A DNA stretch of 59,083 nt, taken from NCBI GenBank assembly GCA_023539495.1, contig JAKCEV010000001.1:1-59083 (forward strand), given 5' to 3'. The translations under genes and the position numbers were made by a program. Of the stretch, positions 1 to 8,925 are shown one piece after another. The stretch is from Candidatus Wolframiiraptor allenii. GTDB taxonomy: Archaea; Thermoproteota; Nitrososphaeria_A; Caldarchaeales; Wolframiiraptoraceae. A model generated the notes under the pieces. That model was not told the DNA's origin. It searched no databases and worked only from the letters and a program-made list of their open reading frames with translations. Position 1 is the stretch's first letter; each line of letters opens with the position of its first letter.

Positions 1-147
1 GTCGAGCATCCTGAGGCCATTATCGACGAGCGTCCTAGCGATGACTGATGGCGGCCTGTGTCTCTCAACAGCGGCAAGCGTCGAGTCCACGTAATCCAAG
101 ACTCCAATAATGCCCGCTTCCTCGAAGGTATTCACGTAACCAGCCAT
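1..147 (-). CDS. ORF-A copy 1: small protein of a 3-copy window-internal family (N-terminal part only; the rest lies left of the window)
   Basis: Reverse-strand translation from the ATG at 147-145 gives MAGYVNTFEEAGIIGVLDYVDSTLAAVERHRPPSVIARTLVDNGLRMLD..., collinear with the ORFs at 14395-14649 and 54025-54291. An in-frame TGA (160-162) just upstream fixes the start. Confidence 0.55.
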   Translation of the reverse strand, partial: MAGYVNTFEEAGIIGVLDYVDSTLAAVERHRPPSVIARTLVDNGLRMLD

Positions 148-231
148 GCCCCCACAATATCATCTCAATACATGCCTGCCCTTATTTCTTAGGGACCTGC
201 CTGAAAATGGAAAGATTATTATGATGTCGGG

Positions 232-495
232 ATGCCGGGAAGCCGGCTAAAAATAGGATTCCATGGCAATGAGAAGACCCCGGAGCAGATACTCATAATA
301 CCGTTCAGGGAGGGGGAAGATGTTAAGTATTTCGTGGTGAGGGGTGTGAGAGAAGGCGATAGGCGCGTGACGAGATGCGACATGGTCAGGATAACGGGGC
401 TGGGATCGGCTGTCGAATATCTCGGGGATGTATGGGAGGAGATGTGGGACGCCATGCTATTCAAGCTGAAGGCCGCCGAGACAAGCATGCCATAA
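232..495 (+). CDS. ORF-B copy 1: 87-aa protein of the same repeat cassette (the only intact copy)
   Basis: ORF track 232..495. The C-terminal two thirds are conserved at protein level with copy 2 (KYFVVRGVREGD.RVTRCDM.RI...EYLG.VWEE.WDAMLFKL.AAE..MP), with mostly conservative or synonymous differences. Confidence 0.55.
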   Translation: MPGSRLKIGFHGNEKTPEQILIIPFREGEDVKYFVVRGVREGDRRVTRCDMVRITGLGSAVEYLGDVWEEMWDAMLFKLKAAETSMP

Positions 496-506
496 ACATC
501 ACAACA

Positions 507-545
507 CCCCATATTTTTATCCCCATTTTTATCTCCCATTTTTCG
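507..545 (+). terminator. Oligo-T archaeal terminator tract after ORF-B copy 1
   Basis: ccccatatttttatccccatttttatctcccatttttcgg has three T5 runs. The same motif follows ORF-B copy 2 at 15013-15040. Confidence 0.5.
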
Positions 546-735
546 GAGACCTCTCAAAGAAATAAAAGCGATGTCAAGGAGTTTGAGCCGAGGATCTCCC
601 ATATAATCGCTGTAGAGTGGGTTGGAATCGGCTGGGATGAGGAAAACTATGAGCTACGAACTACTATATGATGTTAACATTTGTCGCTAACATTTATTTT
701 AAAGCTATTTTGAAGCTCATTAACGAGCAATCTAG

Positions 736-3501
736 GTGGGAGGCTTGAGGTTCGGGGCGGAGGAGTATTCCTTAAACTTCCTGATGGAGCGTGGTTATAT
801 TAGGAGGCGCTGCGTCAGCTGTGGTGAATATTTCTGGACACTTAACCCGGATAGGGAGGTCTGTGGTGAGTCCCCCTGCGAGCCATACCGCTTCGTTGGC
901 AAGAGTCTGACTAGGCGCAGGATGAGCCTTCGCGAGGTTCGAGAATCATTTCTCAGGTTCTTCGAAAGAAGGAGCCATACGATAATCGCGCCATACCCTG
1001 TTGTTGCCCGCTGGAGATCCGACATATTCTTGACGGATGCAAGCATAGTTGACTTCCAGCCGTATGTAACGTCCGGGATCGCTCCTCCGCCAGCGAATCC
1101 TCTCGTCATAAGCCAGCCATGTATAAGACTCGTCGACATAGATAAGGTTGGGCTAACCTTTGGAAGACATCTCACAATATTCGAGATGGGGGGCGCCCAT
1201 GCCTTCAACTACCCTGACAGGGAGGTTTACTGGAAGGATGAGACCGTCCAATATTATCACGAGTTTGCTCAGGAGGTCTTTGGGATACCCGAGGAGGAGA
1301 TCATCTACAAGGAGGGGGTTTGGTCTGGTGGTGGTAATGCTGGCCCATGTTTTGAGGCCATCTCATATGGGCTTGAGGTGGCGACATTAGTCTTCATGCA
1401 GTATAAGACTGTTGATGACGAGCTGATCAAGCTCCCGATAAGGACTGTAGACACAGGGTATGGCATGGAGCGCTTCACATGGCTTACCCAAGGGACGCCA
1501 AGCTGCTTCGACGCGGTCTATGGCGAGCTATACCCGAGGCTTAAGGAGATAGTCGATTTCCCGGAGGTCGATAGGGAGCTCTTGGTCAAATATTCTCCAT
1601 ATACCGCCTTGGTTGTGCCAAAGGCTGGGATGACGATTGCTGAGGCTAGGAGGAGGATCTCAGAGGCGTCTGGAATCCCGCTGGAGACGATAGTGAATGT
1701 AATCGCGCCGCTCGAGAAGATCTACGCATCCTTGGACTTCACCAAGTCGATAACGTTCATAATAAGCGAGGGAGTTGTCCCGTCAAATGTAAGGGTTGGG
1801 TATCTCGCGAGGCTCCTCATAAGGAAGGCTTATAGGCTCCTCAAGGAGCTCGGATACGAAGATAGGCTCATAGATCTGATAAACCTCCAGATAGACTACT
1901 GGGGCGGGGATTTCCCCCATCTGAGGGAGATGAGGGACGAGACCATCGATATAGTCGAGCATGAGATTAGGAAGTTCGAGGACACTATAGCGAAGGGTGT
2001 GGAATACATTGAAAGAGAGCTCTCGGAGATGAGGAAAAGGGGTGCATCCGAGGTGCCGCTTGAATTCATTATCAGGGCTTATGATGAAAGGGGGGTAACG
2101 CCCGATATCGTGAGACCGGTTGCGGAGAGGCTTGGAATGGAGATAAACATCCCTGAGAACTTCTACGAGCTTGTTGCATCAAGGCACTTGAGAGAGGAGC
2201 CTGTAAGAGAGGCTGATGAGAGGATAAGGCTCCTCGAGGAAGAATTCAAGGATCTCCCTGCGACGGAGAAGTTCTATTACAGGGATCCAAGCATGCTCGA
2301 GTTTGAGGCTAGGGTGCTGCGCGTACGCGAGAATCATGTCGCGCTAGATAGGACATGCTTCTATCCTGAGGGCGGTGGTGCTGTATCTGATCAGGGCATA
2401 CTGAGGCACTCAAGGGGTGAGTGCAGGGTTATTGATGTTCAGATTCTGGAGGGCGGGGTAATCGTCCACCGGGTTGAAGGCCCCCCACCAGCTGAGGGTG
2501 AGATCGTCAGGGGCATTGTTGATCGTGAGCGCAGGTTCTCCCTCATGCGGCATCACACAGCCACCCATATAATCTTGGGCGCTGCTAGGAGGATTTTGGG
2601 GAAGCATGCATGGCAGGCTGGAGCTAGGAAGGAACCGGGCTTCGCGAGGCTCGACATAAGTCATCATAAAAGGCTCAGCCTAGAGGAGGTTGTACGCATA
2701 GAGGAAGAGGCGAACAGGATCATAGCTGCTAGGATACCGGTCAAGATCATGGAGATGGATAGGAATGAGGCTGAGAGGCGGTATGGATTCCAGCTTTATC
2801 AGGGTGGGGAAGTTCCATCAGCCACAATAAGGGTTGTGGAGATACCTGGGTGGGATGCAGAGGCTTGTGGAGGACTTCACGTTGAGAACACGGAGGATGT
2901 TGGGCTGATAAAGATAATCAGGACCGAGCGAATACAGGATGGTGTTGAGAGGCTTGTATTTGTGGCCGGGCCAGCGGCCCTACGATACATCCAGCAGAGC
3001 TGGCTCATGACCTTGAGGCTTGCAGAGAAGCTTGAAGCACCAGTGGAAGCTATTGAGAAGGCGCTGGATGAGACGTTATCTGAGCTCAAGAGGCTTAGAT
3101 CATTAGCGAGGAGACTCCTCTCAGCTGTAGCCGAGCTGAGATATCGCGAGCTAAAAGAGAAGCCCATAATTATGAGCGGGATAAAGGTCTACGTGACGCG
3201 GGAGCTCGAGGACGACAGGGATTATATTCTCAAAATCTCGGATAAGCTTTTGGCCGTCGATGAGCCCGCATGCCTTATCGCAGCGTATGGTGGTGAGAGG
3301 CCGTACCTGCTAGTCACGGCTAATGAGGCAGCCATAAAATCCGGGATACATGCTGGAAAACTTGCCTCAATTATAGCTGGGGAGCTTGGTGGAAGAGGTG
3401 GAGGTAGGGATCGGCTCGGACAGGGGGGCCTGGGAGAAGATGTATCGAAAGAGAGGTTGGAGGGGGTCTCGATAAGAGCTCTACATCAACTCTTGAAGTG
3501 A
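736..3501 (+). CDS. alaS: Alanyl-tRNA synthetase
   Basis: 921 aa. Archaeal AlaRS N-terminus (FL.ERGYIRRRCVSCGEYFWT), editing-domain HxxxH (MRHHTATHIIL) and CGGLH motif, C-terminal DHHA1-like GGRGGG. The start may be GTG 736 or TTG 745. Confidence 0.95.
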   Translation: MGGLRFGAEEYSLNFLMERGYIRRRCVSCGEYFWTLNPDREVCGESPCEPYRFVGKSLTRRRMSLREVRESFLRFFERRSHTIIAPYPVVARWRSDIFLTDASIVDFQPYVTSGIAPPPANPLVISQPCIRLVDIDKVGLTFGRHLTIFEMGGAHAFNYPDREVYWKDETVQYYHEFAQEVFGIPEEEIIYKEGVWSGGGNAGPCFEAISYGLEVATLVFMQYKTVDDELIKLPIRTVDTGYGMERFTWLTQGTPSCFDAVYGELYPRLKEIVDFPEVDRELLVKYSPYTALVVPKAGMTIAEARRRISEASGIPLETIVNVIAPLEKIYASLDFTKSITFIISEGVVPSNVRVGYLARLLIRKAYRLLKELGYEDRLIDLINLQIDYWGGDFPHLREMRDETIDIVEHEIRKFEDTIAKGVEYIERELSEMRKRGASEVPLEFIIRAYDERGVTPDIVRPVAERLGMEINIPENFYELVASRHLREEPVREADERIRLLEEEFKDLPATEKFYYRDPSMLEFEARVLRVRENHVALDRTCFYPEGGGAVSDQGILRHSRGECRVIDVQILEGGVIVHRVEGPPPAEGEIVRGIVDRERRFSLMRHHTATHIILGAARRILGKHAWQAGARKEPGFARLDISHHKRLSLEEVVRIEEEANRIIAARIPVKIMEMDRNEAERRYGFQLYQGGEVPSATIRVVEIPGWDAEACGGLHVENTEDVGLIKIIRTERIQDGVERLVFVAGPAALRYIQQSWLMTLRLAEKLEAPVEAIEKALDETLSELKRLRSLARRLLSAVAELRYRELKEKPIIMSGIKVYVTRELEDDRDYILKISDKLLAVDEPACLIAAYGGERPYLLVTANEAAIKSGIHAGKLASIIAGELGGRGGGRDRLGQGGLGEDVSKERLEGVSIRALHQLLK

Positions 3502-3518
3502 CTCATATCCACTGTTAT

Positions 3519-4403
3519 TTACTCGAGCTTTGCAGCTGCCTTGAGCGCCTGAGCTCTCCTCTCCGCGAGTAATATTATATCCTGTATGGTCTCCTTAGAC
3601 GGTACCTCGGCCTCTATTGCCAAGGTCCTTGCCTCGAGAGCGCCCTTGATTAGGAGCGGTATCACGGTCTCCTTTGTTATGTAGCTTATCTCCATCGCTA
3701 GGCTTAGCGCCTGGATGTGGGCCGATTTAATCTCCTCACTAGTCTTCTCAAGATCAAGCTCGAGCTGCTCCTTCGTGAGCAGGATGCCGTCCTCGAAGGC
3801 CTTCTCTATGCTTATCCCCTTGAGGACCGCCTTTATATCCAGCCTCGCTAAGAGGGAGGCTAGCTCCGGCGAGATCACATCACCCTTCCGGGCGACAATC
3901 GTGTCCTTAGCTATCCAGATCTGGCCGCCTTCAATCCTCGTGGGAATCTTAAGTTTGCCGAACTCGCTCAGGATCGGGCCTGGCGGGAGCCCCGTATTCA
4001 TCTCGGGCACAATGACGTCAAAGTCCGCCTTCTCACCAGCCCTAGCGTGCATTGGTATCCTATTCCTGTCTAGGATTATCTTGAGCTTGAAAGCGCTGGT
4101 ATTGGAGAAGATGAATCCCACGGGCTCCTTAAAGTCGTCAACTAGGGCTCCTAGATCGGGCTTGCCAGCCCTCTCACAAGCCTTGATGAATAGGTTTTTC
4201 TTGGCTATTTTTATCGTGGCTATTCCTCGGAGCTTCTTCCTCACCTCGTGGAGCAAGTTTGCCCTCAAGCCCACGAGCCTGAAGACCGTGACAACCCTGC
4301 TCGATGATATTAGCTGGGATAGCTCCTCAACTATCCTAACCTTCCGCTCAGGGATTCTACGAGTGCGCTTAACGACGGCTTCTGCTGACAAGGCCCCTCT
4401 CAC
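3519..4403 (-). CDS. rpl10: Ribosomal stalk protein uL10 (P0)
   Basis: 294 aa. N-terminal L10 fold (KVRIVEELSQLISSSRVVTVFRLVGLRANLLHEVRKKLRG). Position downstream of L11 and L1. Confidence 0.9.
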   Translation of the reverse strand: MRGALSAEAVVKRTRRIPERKVRIVEELSQLISSSRVVTVFRLVGLRANLLHEVRKKLRGIATIKIAKKNLFIKACERAGKPDLGALVDDFKEPVGFIFSNTSAFKLKIILDRNRIPMHARAGEKADFDVIVPEMNTGLPPGPILSEFGKLKIPTRIEGGQIWIAKDTIVARKGDVISPELASLLARLDIKAVLKGISIEKAFEDGILLTKEQLELDLEKTSEEIKSAHIQALSLAMEISYITKETVIPLLIKGALEARTLAIEAEVPSKETIQDIILLAERRAQALKAAAKLE

Positions 4404-4432
4404 TGGATTTAAGCCTAGATTTAACCCCTATC

Positions 4433-5098
4433 CTAGGACTCTAACCCGACTTTGACGGGCTCGCCCATAGTCCTCTTGACATAGATCGACTGGATATTCC
4501 GGAACCTTCTCTCCAGCCTCTCCGCGATCCTAGAAATCACCGCTGCCGCGTTCTCGGCAAGCATCTTAGAATCCATGTCCTCTGTCCCGATCAAGCACAT
4601 GGCCTGTGGATTCTTCCTAACATTGATTACCACGCTCCTCTTTAGGCTCCTGACGAGCTCCGCAAGATCCACTCCCTGCGGGATCGGCTGAGGCCTCTTC
4701 CCACGCCCTCCGAGAGCCGCTCCAAGCGCCTTCGCCGCGAGCCCCATCATCGCTGGCTCAACCAAGAAGAAGTCATATTGGGCAGCTATCTTCTTGGCCA
4801 ACCTCTTATTCCCGACCAGCGCCTCGAGCTCCTCCCTTTCAATAACCCTATCAATCTCCGGTATCTTCTTCGCTTCCGTTGCTAGGGCGGGGCCCGCGAT
4901 GACACAGACCTTAGCCGGCTTATCGCCCCTACCATGAGGAAGCTCAACAACCTCGTAGATCCTGTTCTCAGGCTTCTTCAAATCTATATCCTGCAGGTTC
5001 ACTATCAGCTCCACCGACTGCTTAAATTTCCTAGGCTTGCCGGACTGCCTCGCCCGCTCTATAGCCTCCACCAGCGCCTCCTCAAGCGTTCTAAGCAT
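4433..5098 (-). CDS. rpl1: Ribosomal protein uL1
   Basis: 221 aa. L1 signature context (KFKQSVELIVNLQDIDLKKPENR) in the L11-L1-L10 operon order. Confidence 0.93.
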   Translation of the reverse strand: MLRTLEEALVEAIERARQSGKPRKFKQSVELIVNLQDIDLKKPENRIYEVVELPHGRGDKPAKVCVIAGPALATEAKKIPEIDRVIEREELEALVGNKRLAKKIAAQYDFFLVEPAMMGLAAKALGAALGGRGKRPQPIPQGVDLAELVRSLKRSVVINVRKNPQAMCLIGTEDMDSKMLAENAAAVISRIAERLERRFRNIQSIYVKRTMGEPVKVGLES

Positions 5099-5207
5099 GC
5101 TCTCCTCATCCTCCCTAATCCAACTAGTTCACACCATCCCAATATGGGCTTGCTTTTATCTATTGAGGAGTGAAGAGCATAAAGAGATGGGATTAAGTAA
5201 GCTCGGC

Positions 5208-5702
5208 TCAGGACTCCTCATACTTTCTGATGAGATCGTCATGTAGGCCGGCGTCGACTTCTCTGATAACCTCCTTCGCGCTCTTTCCATCAACTGTTAC
5301 TCCCATGCTTAGACACGTGCCTAGAACCTGCTTGACTGCTGCTTTAAGGGTCTTGGCACGCATATCTGGCATCTTGATCCTCGCTATCTTGATTATCTGC
5401 TCCATGCTGAGATTCGCGACGAATTCCTTATTCGGCTGAGATGAGCCCTTCTCGATTCCAGCCTCCTTAACCAACAGCGCCGCCGTAGTGGGGGTACCAA
5501 CTCTAACTTCAAATGTCTTGGTATCAGTGTTCACAATAACCTCTACTGGAACCCTCATTCCCTTGAACTCCGATGTCCTCCTATTAATCTCCTCAACTAC
5601 TTGGAGGACATTCACTCCAAGTGGGCCTAGAGCAGGTCCTATCGGCGGCCCAGCCGTGGCCTCACCGCCCGGAACAAGGAATTTCAGGGTTTTCTCGGGC
5701 AT
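5208..5702 (-). CDS. rpl11: Ribosomal protein uL11
   Basis: 164 aa. VPGGEATAGPPIGPALGPLGVN is the canonical L11 N-terminal motif. Confidence 0.95.
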   Translation of the reverse strand: MPEKTLKFLVPGGEATAGPPIGPALGPLGVNVLQVVEEINRRTSEFKGMRVPVEVIVNTDTKTFEVRVGTPTTAALLVKEAGIEKGSSQPNKEFVANLSMEQIIKIARIKMPDMRAKTLKAAVKQVLGTCLSMGVTVDGKSAKEVIREVDAGLHDDLIRKYEES

Positions 5703-5707
5703 CCACC

Positions 5708-6199
5708 TTAAACCCCCTTCTCCTTTATCACCCTAACCTGATCCGCTGGCACCGAGATCGGGAGCACGAACGCAGCGTCGGTCGGCTCTATAGTTACCTC
5801 ATTTTTAGGTTTATCTATCCTGATTATCTTGCCGCTTATCCCCTGGAGGGGCCCGGAGATTATCTCCACTATATCCCCGATGGAGAGCATTTCAATAGTC
5901 GGCTTCTCAACTAAGTGCATCATGATCTCCTCCTTCTTGACCGGGAGGATTGACCCCATCTTCACGTGCTTGATCCCCTGAACGAGTAGCGAGACCTTGT
6001 CTCTGCTCTCGGCCTCCACGAAGACATAGCCCTTAATCTCGGGGAGTATGATAATCGAGTATACCCCCTGCTGCTCGGGAGAGGTAACTCTACTCTCCAG
6101 TATCCTAGCGACATTCCTCTCCTGCCCGGCTGTAACCTTAATCACGAAGAATCTTGACGCCCTGCGCGGAGCCTCGGCCTGGCCCTCCATACATCTCAC
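5708..6199 (-). CDS. spt5: Transcription elongation factor Spt5 (NusG)
   Basis: NGN domain (FVIKVTAGQERNVA) plus KOW motif (GDIVEIISGPLQGISGKIIRID). The ATG at 6190 is an alternative start. Confidence 0.9.
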   Translation of the reverse strand: MRCMEGQAEAPRRASRFFVIKVTAGQERNVARILESRVTSPEQQGVYSIIILPEIKGYVFVEAESRDKVSLLVQGIKHVKMGSILPVKKEEIMMHLVEKPTIEMLSIGDIVEIISGPLQGISGKIIRIDKPKNEVTIEPTDAAFVLPISVPADQVRVIKEKGV

Positions 6200-6366
6200 G
6201 CACCTTGGATCGCTAGGGCGAGGAACTTTATCACGAATGTTATGAGCCCTATCGCCGAGACGCCTATCGCAACTATCTTCATTGCCTGCTTAAACTCCTC
6301 CCTAGTCGGCTTTCTAGCAAGCTTAATCGTGGCGGACGCCGACTTAAGAAACTCCCTAAGCCCCAT
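6196..6366 (-). CDS. secE: Preprotein translocase subunit SecE (Sec61 gamma), 56 aa, absent from the ORF track
   Basis: Hand translation: MGLREFLKSASATIKLARKPTREEFKQAMKIVAIGVSAIGLITFVIKFLALAIQGA. Basic N-terminus plus a single TM helix. Conserved secE-nusG-L11 order. The stop overlaps the spt5 GTG start. Confidence 0.75.
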   Translation of the reverse strand: MGLREFLKSASATIKLARKPTREEFKQAMKIVAIGVSAIGLITFVIKFLALAIQGA

Positions 6367-6449
6367 CCTGCCGAAATTTCGGCCAGTCCACCATATATGT
6401 TTAGCTTTATCTCAATGCTTTTAATCTAGAAGTCATAAGGCTTCATGGA

Positions 6450-8195
6450 ATGGACTCTCACAAGGGATCCCCAGATTTAGCTTTAGTCCTAGAGAGCATG
6501 GCCTCGCCCATGAGGCTCAGGATCCTAAAGTCTCTGGCTGGCAGGAAGCTGAGTTACACGGAGCTCGTGAAGGCGGTCGGCCTTGACAGGGATAAGGATG
6601 CAGGCAAGTTCTCCTATCACCTCAAGAAACTTCTCACATGCGGGCTTGTGGAGGTGGAATCGTCCACAGGGAAATACACTCTATCGAGCAGGGGCGTCAA
6701 GATCCTAAGCGCCTTAGAGTCTATCGAGGAGGAACTGAGGGATAGAAGCCGGATGATGGTTAGGAGGAGTGACCAGATCGTCGAGCCATTCGATAAGAGT
6801 AAAATAGCGAAGGCCTTGGTGAGGGAGGGGAAGCTTCCACCGAAGCTAGCGAATGAAATCGCCTCGATAGCTGAGAGAAAGCTCTTCGACCTTAAGATAG
6901 AATATCTCTCAGCCCCACTGATCCGTGAGCTAGTCAACGCCATTCTGCTGGACATGGGCCTTGAGAAATACAGGCATAGGCTCACGAGGATAGGCATGCC
7001 TCTCCACGATGCTGAAACTCTCTTCAAGAAATCTATCGAGAGCAGGGATTGGATGCTCCTCGCACAGGAGACATCCGGGGCGATCATGAGAGAATACTTG
7101 CTCTTGGGATTCCTCCCGAGAAATGTCTCTGACATGCATCTCAACGGGAGGATCGACATCTATCCGGTCTCTGGGTGGCTCACATGTCTCTTCTCCAAGG
7201 CTGTCAAGCTTGACCCTGATAAGCCAATAAGATCGACGATGGAACTATGCGCATCATTCTTCCACGTGAGACATGAGATAAGGCTGCTAGGCCCGGAGTC
7301 CAGCATAAGATCCATCATCAGTTCTCTCCCGGACAATATGCCCAAGAGGCGGATAATGTCCGTCGAGGCTACTGATGATATCGTGAAGTTTCTACATGAG
7401 ACCCCAAGCGATGTGAGGCTAAGTATCAGGGTAATGCTCGATTGTGGAGGACATGATATCCGAGATATAGCTCTGGCGAGCAAGATGCTGCAGAAGCTCG
7501 GGATACCCTACACATACTCCCTATCTGATGAGGCTTACTTCACGGGTCTCCGCTTAGATGAAAATTGCCGGGCAATACACTCCATAATCTCTCTAAATGC
7601 GCTGAGGGCCGCCATGGAGGGTGATGGTGGTTTAGATGGCTTGGTCGCTAATCTCAGGAGCTGGCTGAAGAGTATATTACCGGTAATCAGGAAGGGGTTA
7701 ACACTGGCTGAAAAATTTCATGGCGGGAGCAGGCCATGCTCGATGATCGCCTTAAGCGGCTTGGTCGAGGCTGGAAAGCTCCTAGCTAGGGGAAGATCCA
7801 CGACAATAGAGGAGGCAGTGGAGCTTGAACTCGCCGTGTTGAGGGAGTTGTCAAAGCTCATGTCGCAGACGAGTGATGTGATGCTCGCCGGCAGGTGTCC
7901 CATCTTGGCCTCAAGACGATTCTTCCACCTAGACTCCCAGAGATATGATGAGGAGCTGCTGAAAAATCTAACTCATGGGGCTAGGGCTTATAGCGTGAGC
8001 CCGATCCCGAGGCTGAGCGAATATAGGAGCATAGAATTATGGATTGAGTCGGCGCGCCAGATAATACAACACCTTAATGGCGGATTCTGCTTGTGGATGG
8101 ATCTTGGCAGGAGCCCGAAGGCTCTAAGCGAGGCAATATATGCCGCTGAGGAACTGAGGAAGTATAACAGGCATGGGGTGATAGCGATCTCGTAA
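6450..8195 (+). CDS. Fusion protein: ArsR-type winged HTH + ATP-cone + degenerate NrdD-like region
   Basis: N-terminal wHTH (SPMRLRILKSLAGRKLSYTELVKAVGL). ATP-cone (MVRRSDQIVEPFDKSKIAKALVREG...LIRELVNAILLDMG). HLNGRIDIY resembles the NrdD H..GdIHIHD motif. No glycyl-radical or Zn-ribbon C-terminus was seen. Confidence 0.6.
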   Translation: MDSHKGSPDLALVLESMASPMRLRILKSLAGRKLSYTELVKAVGLDRDKDAGKFSYHLKKLLTCGLVEVESSTGKYTLSSRGVKILSALESIEEELRDRSRMMVRRSDQIVEPFDKSKIAKALVREGKLPPKLANEIASIAERKLFDLKIEYLSAPLIRELVNAILLDMGLEKYRHRLTRIGMPLHDAETLFKKSIESRDWMLLAQETSGAIMREYLLLGFLPRNVSDMHLNGRIDIYPVSGWLTCLFSKAVKLDPDKPIRSTMELCASFFHVRHEIRLLGPESSIRSIISSLPDNMPKRRIMSVEATDDIVKFLHETPSDVRLSIRVMLDCGGHDIRDIALASKMLQKLGIPYTYSLSDEAYFTGLRLDENCRAIHSIISLNALRAAMEGDGGLDGLVANLRSWLKSILPVIRKGLTLAEKFHGGSRPCSMIALSGLVEAGKLLARGRSTTIEEAVELELAVLRELSKLMSQTSDVMLAGRCPILASRRFFHLDSQRYDEELLKNLTHGARAYSVSPIPRLSEYRSIELWIESARQIIQHLNGGFCLWMDLGRSPKALSEAIYAAEELRKYNRHGVIAIS

Positions 8196-8198
8196 TTC

Positions 8199-8570
8199 TC
8201 AGGTCTTTTTGGACTTGAGGAGGAGAATAGCCTTGGCGAGGTCCCCATTAGCCTCTCTCAGGGCGCTTCTCGCCTCCTCCTCGCTCACCCCGGCCTGAGC
8301 TGCCACCAGCATTACATCCTCATTCGAGGGTTCATACTTCTCCTCAACTTTCCCTTCCTCAGACACCTCGCCACCAACAATCTGGAATATGCTCTCATTC
8401 TCAACCCTCATCTCAAAGACATTCGCATTCTCGACTATTATCGTCTTATCATCAAGCTCTATCACGATCCTGCTAGCCCTGCCAAGCTCCTTAACATCTA
8501 GGCCTAAGTTACCCAACATCTTCGCTTGCAATCGCCTCAGCTGCCTTGGAGAAACGCGCCTCATAGTCAT
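8199..8570 (-). CDS. nac: Nascent polypeptide-associated complex protein (NAC domain + UBA)
   Basis: 123 aa. NAC beta-barrel (RIVIELDDKTIIVENANVFEMRV) and C-terminal UBA (GVSEEEARSALREANGDLAKAILLL). Confidence 0.85.
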   Translation of the reverse strand: MTMRRVSPRQLRRLQAKMLGNLGLDVKELGRASRIVIELDDKTIIVENANVFEMRVENESIFQIVGGEVSEEGKVEEKYEPSNEDVMLVAAQAGVSEEEARSALREANGDLAKAILLLKSKKT

Positions 8571-8652
8571 GAATAAGCCGAACTCCAGGGAATTTAAGAT
8601 TACCCTCTATAAGCCGGCCCAACAAGAAAAATATTATGGATGGAAACATGTT

Positions 8653-8883
8653 TTACTGTGTATAGCCCGTGAGCTGGCCCTTCCTAAGTCCTTCAATCTT
8701 CTCCTTCAGCACGGGATCGGTCACTATCGTTGCGGCGCAATCGAGGCAGTAGGCCTTCTTTCCCGTCCGCAAGACGTATTCTCCCTTAACTATCGTTTTA
8801 CCGCATTTGCTGCATTTCCTCTTTCTTGCTGCCTGGACCAGCTCCTGAGCGCTCATGGCGCTCTCATCACATTTTTCTAGCAA
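8653..8883 (-). CDS. Small zinc-ribbon protein, function unknown
   Basis: CSKCG...CLDC four-Cys arrangement in 76 aa. The start may be the internal MSAQ. Confidence 0.45.
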   Translation of the reverse strand: MLEKCDESAMSAQELVQAARKRKCSKCGKTIVKGEYVLRTGKKAYCLDCAATIVTDPVLKEKIEGLRKGQLTGYTQ

Positions 8884-8925
8884 TCAAAATATAAGTGTTC
8901 CTTATAAGTGGCGGCGGATAGGCCG

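Larger units (their letters stand above)
1..570. repeat. Repeat cassette copy 1 (ORF-A 5' part, shared divergent promoter region, ORF-B, T-rich tail); truncated by the window edge
   Basis: Long runs of identical bases against 14491-15045 and 54140-54508, for example gcgtcctagcgatgactgatggc and catgcctgcccttatttctt.gggacc.gcctgaaa. Confidence 0.85.

Noticed and set aside
219-671. ORF-track entries 219..602 (-) and 375..671 (+), and the analogous 14870..15214 (+), overlapping ORF-B.
   Set aside because: Between cassette copies only the ORF-B frame keeps amino-acid conservation with synonymous-type changes. The alternative frames do not stay open or conserved in the other copies.
3715-4455. 246-aa plus-strand ORF opposite the P0 gene. 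Similar long antisense ORFs occur at 34434-35018, 23118-23723, 40182-40610, 6617-7159 and 47038-47481.
   Set aside because: They are Ser/Leu/Arg-rich shadow frames of confidently identified genes on the other strand, with no motifs of their own.
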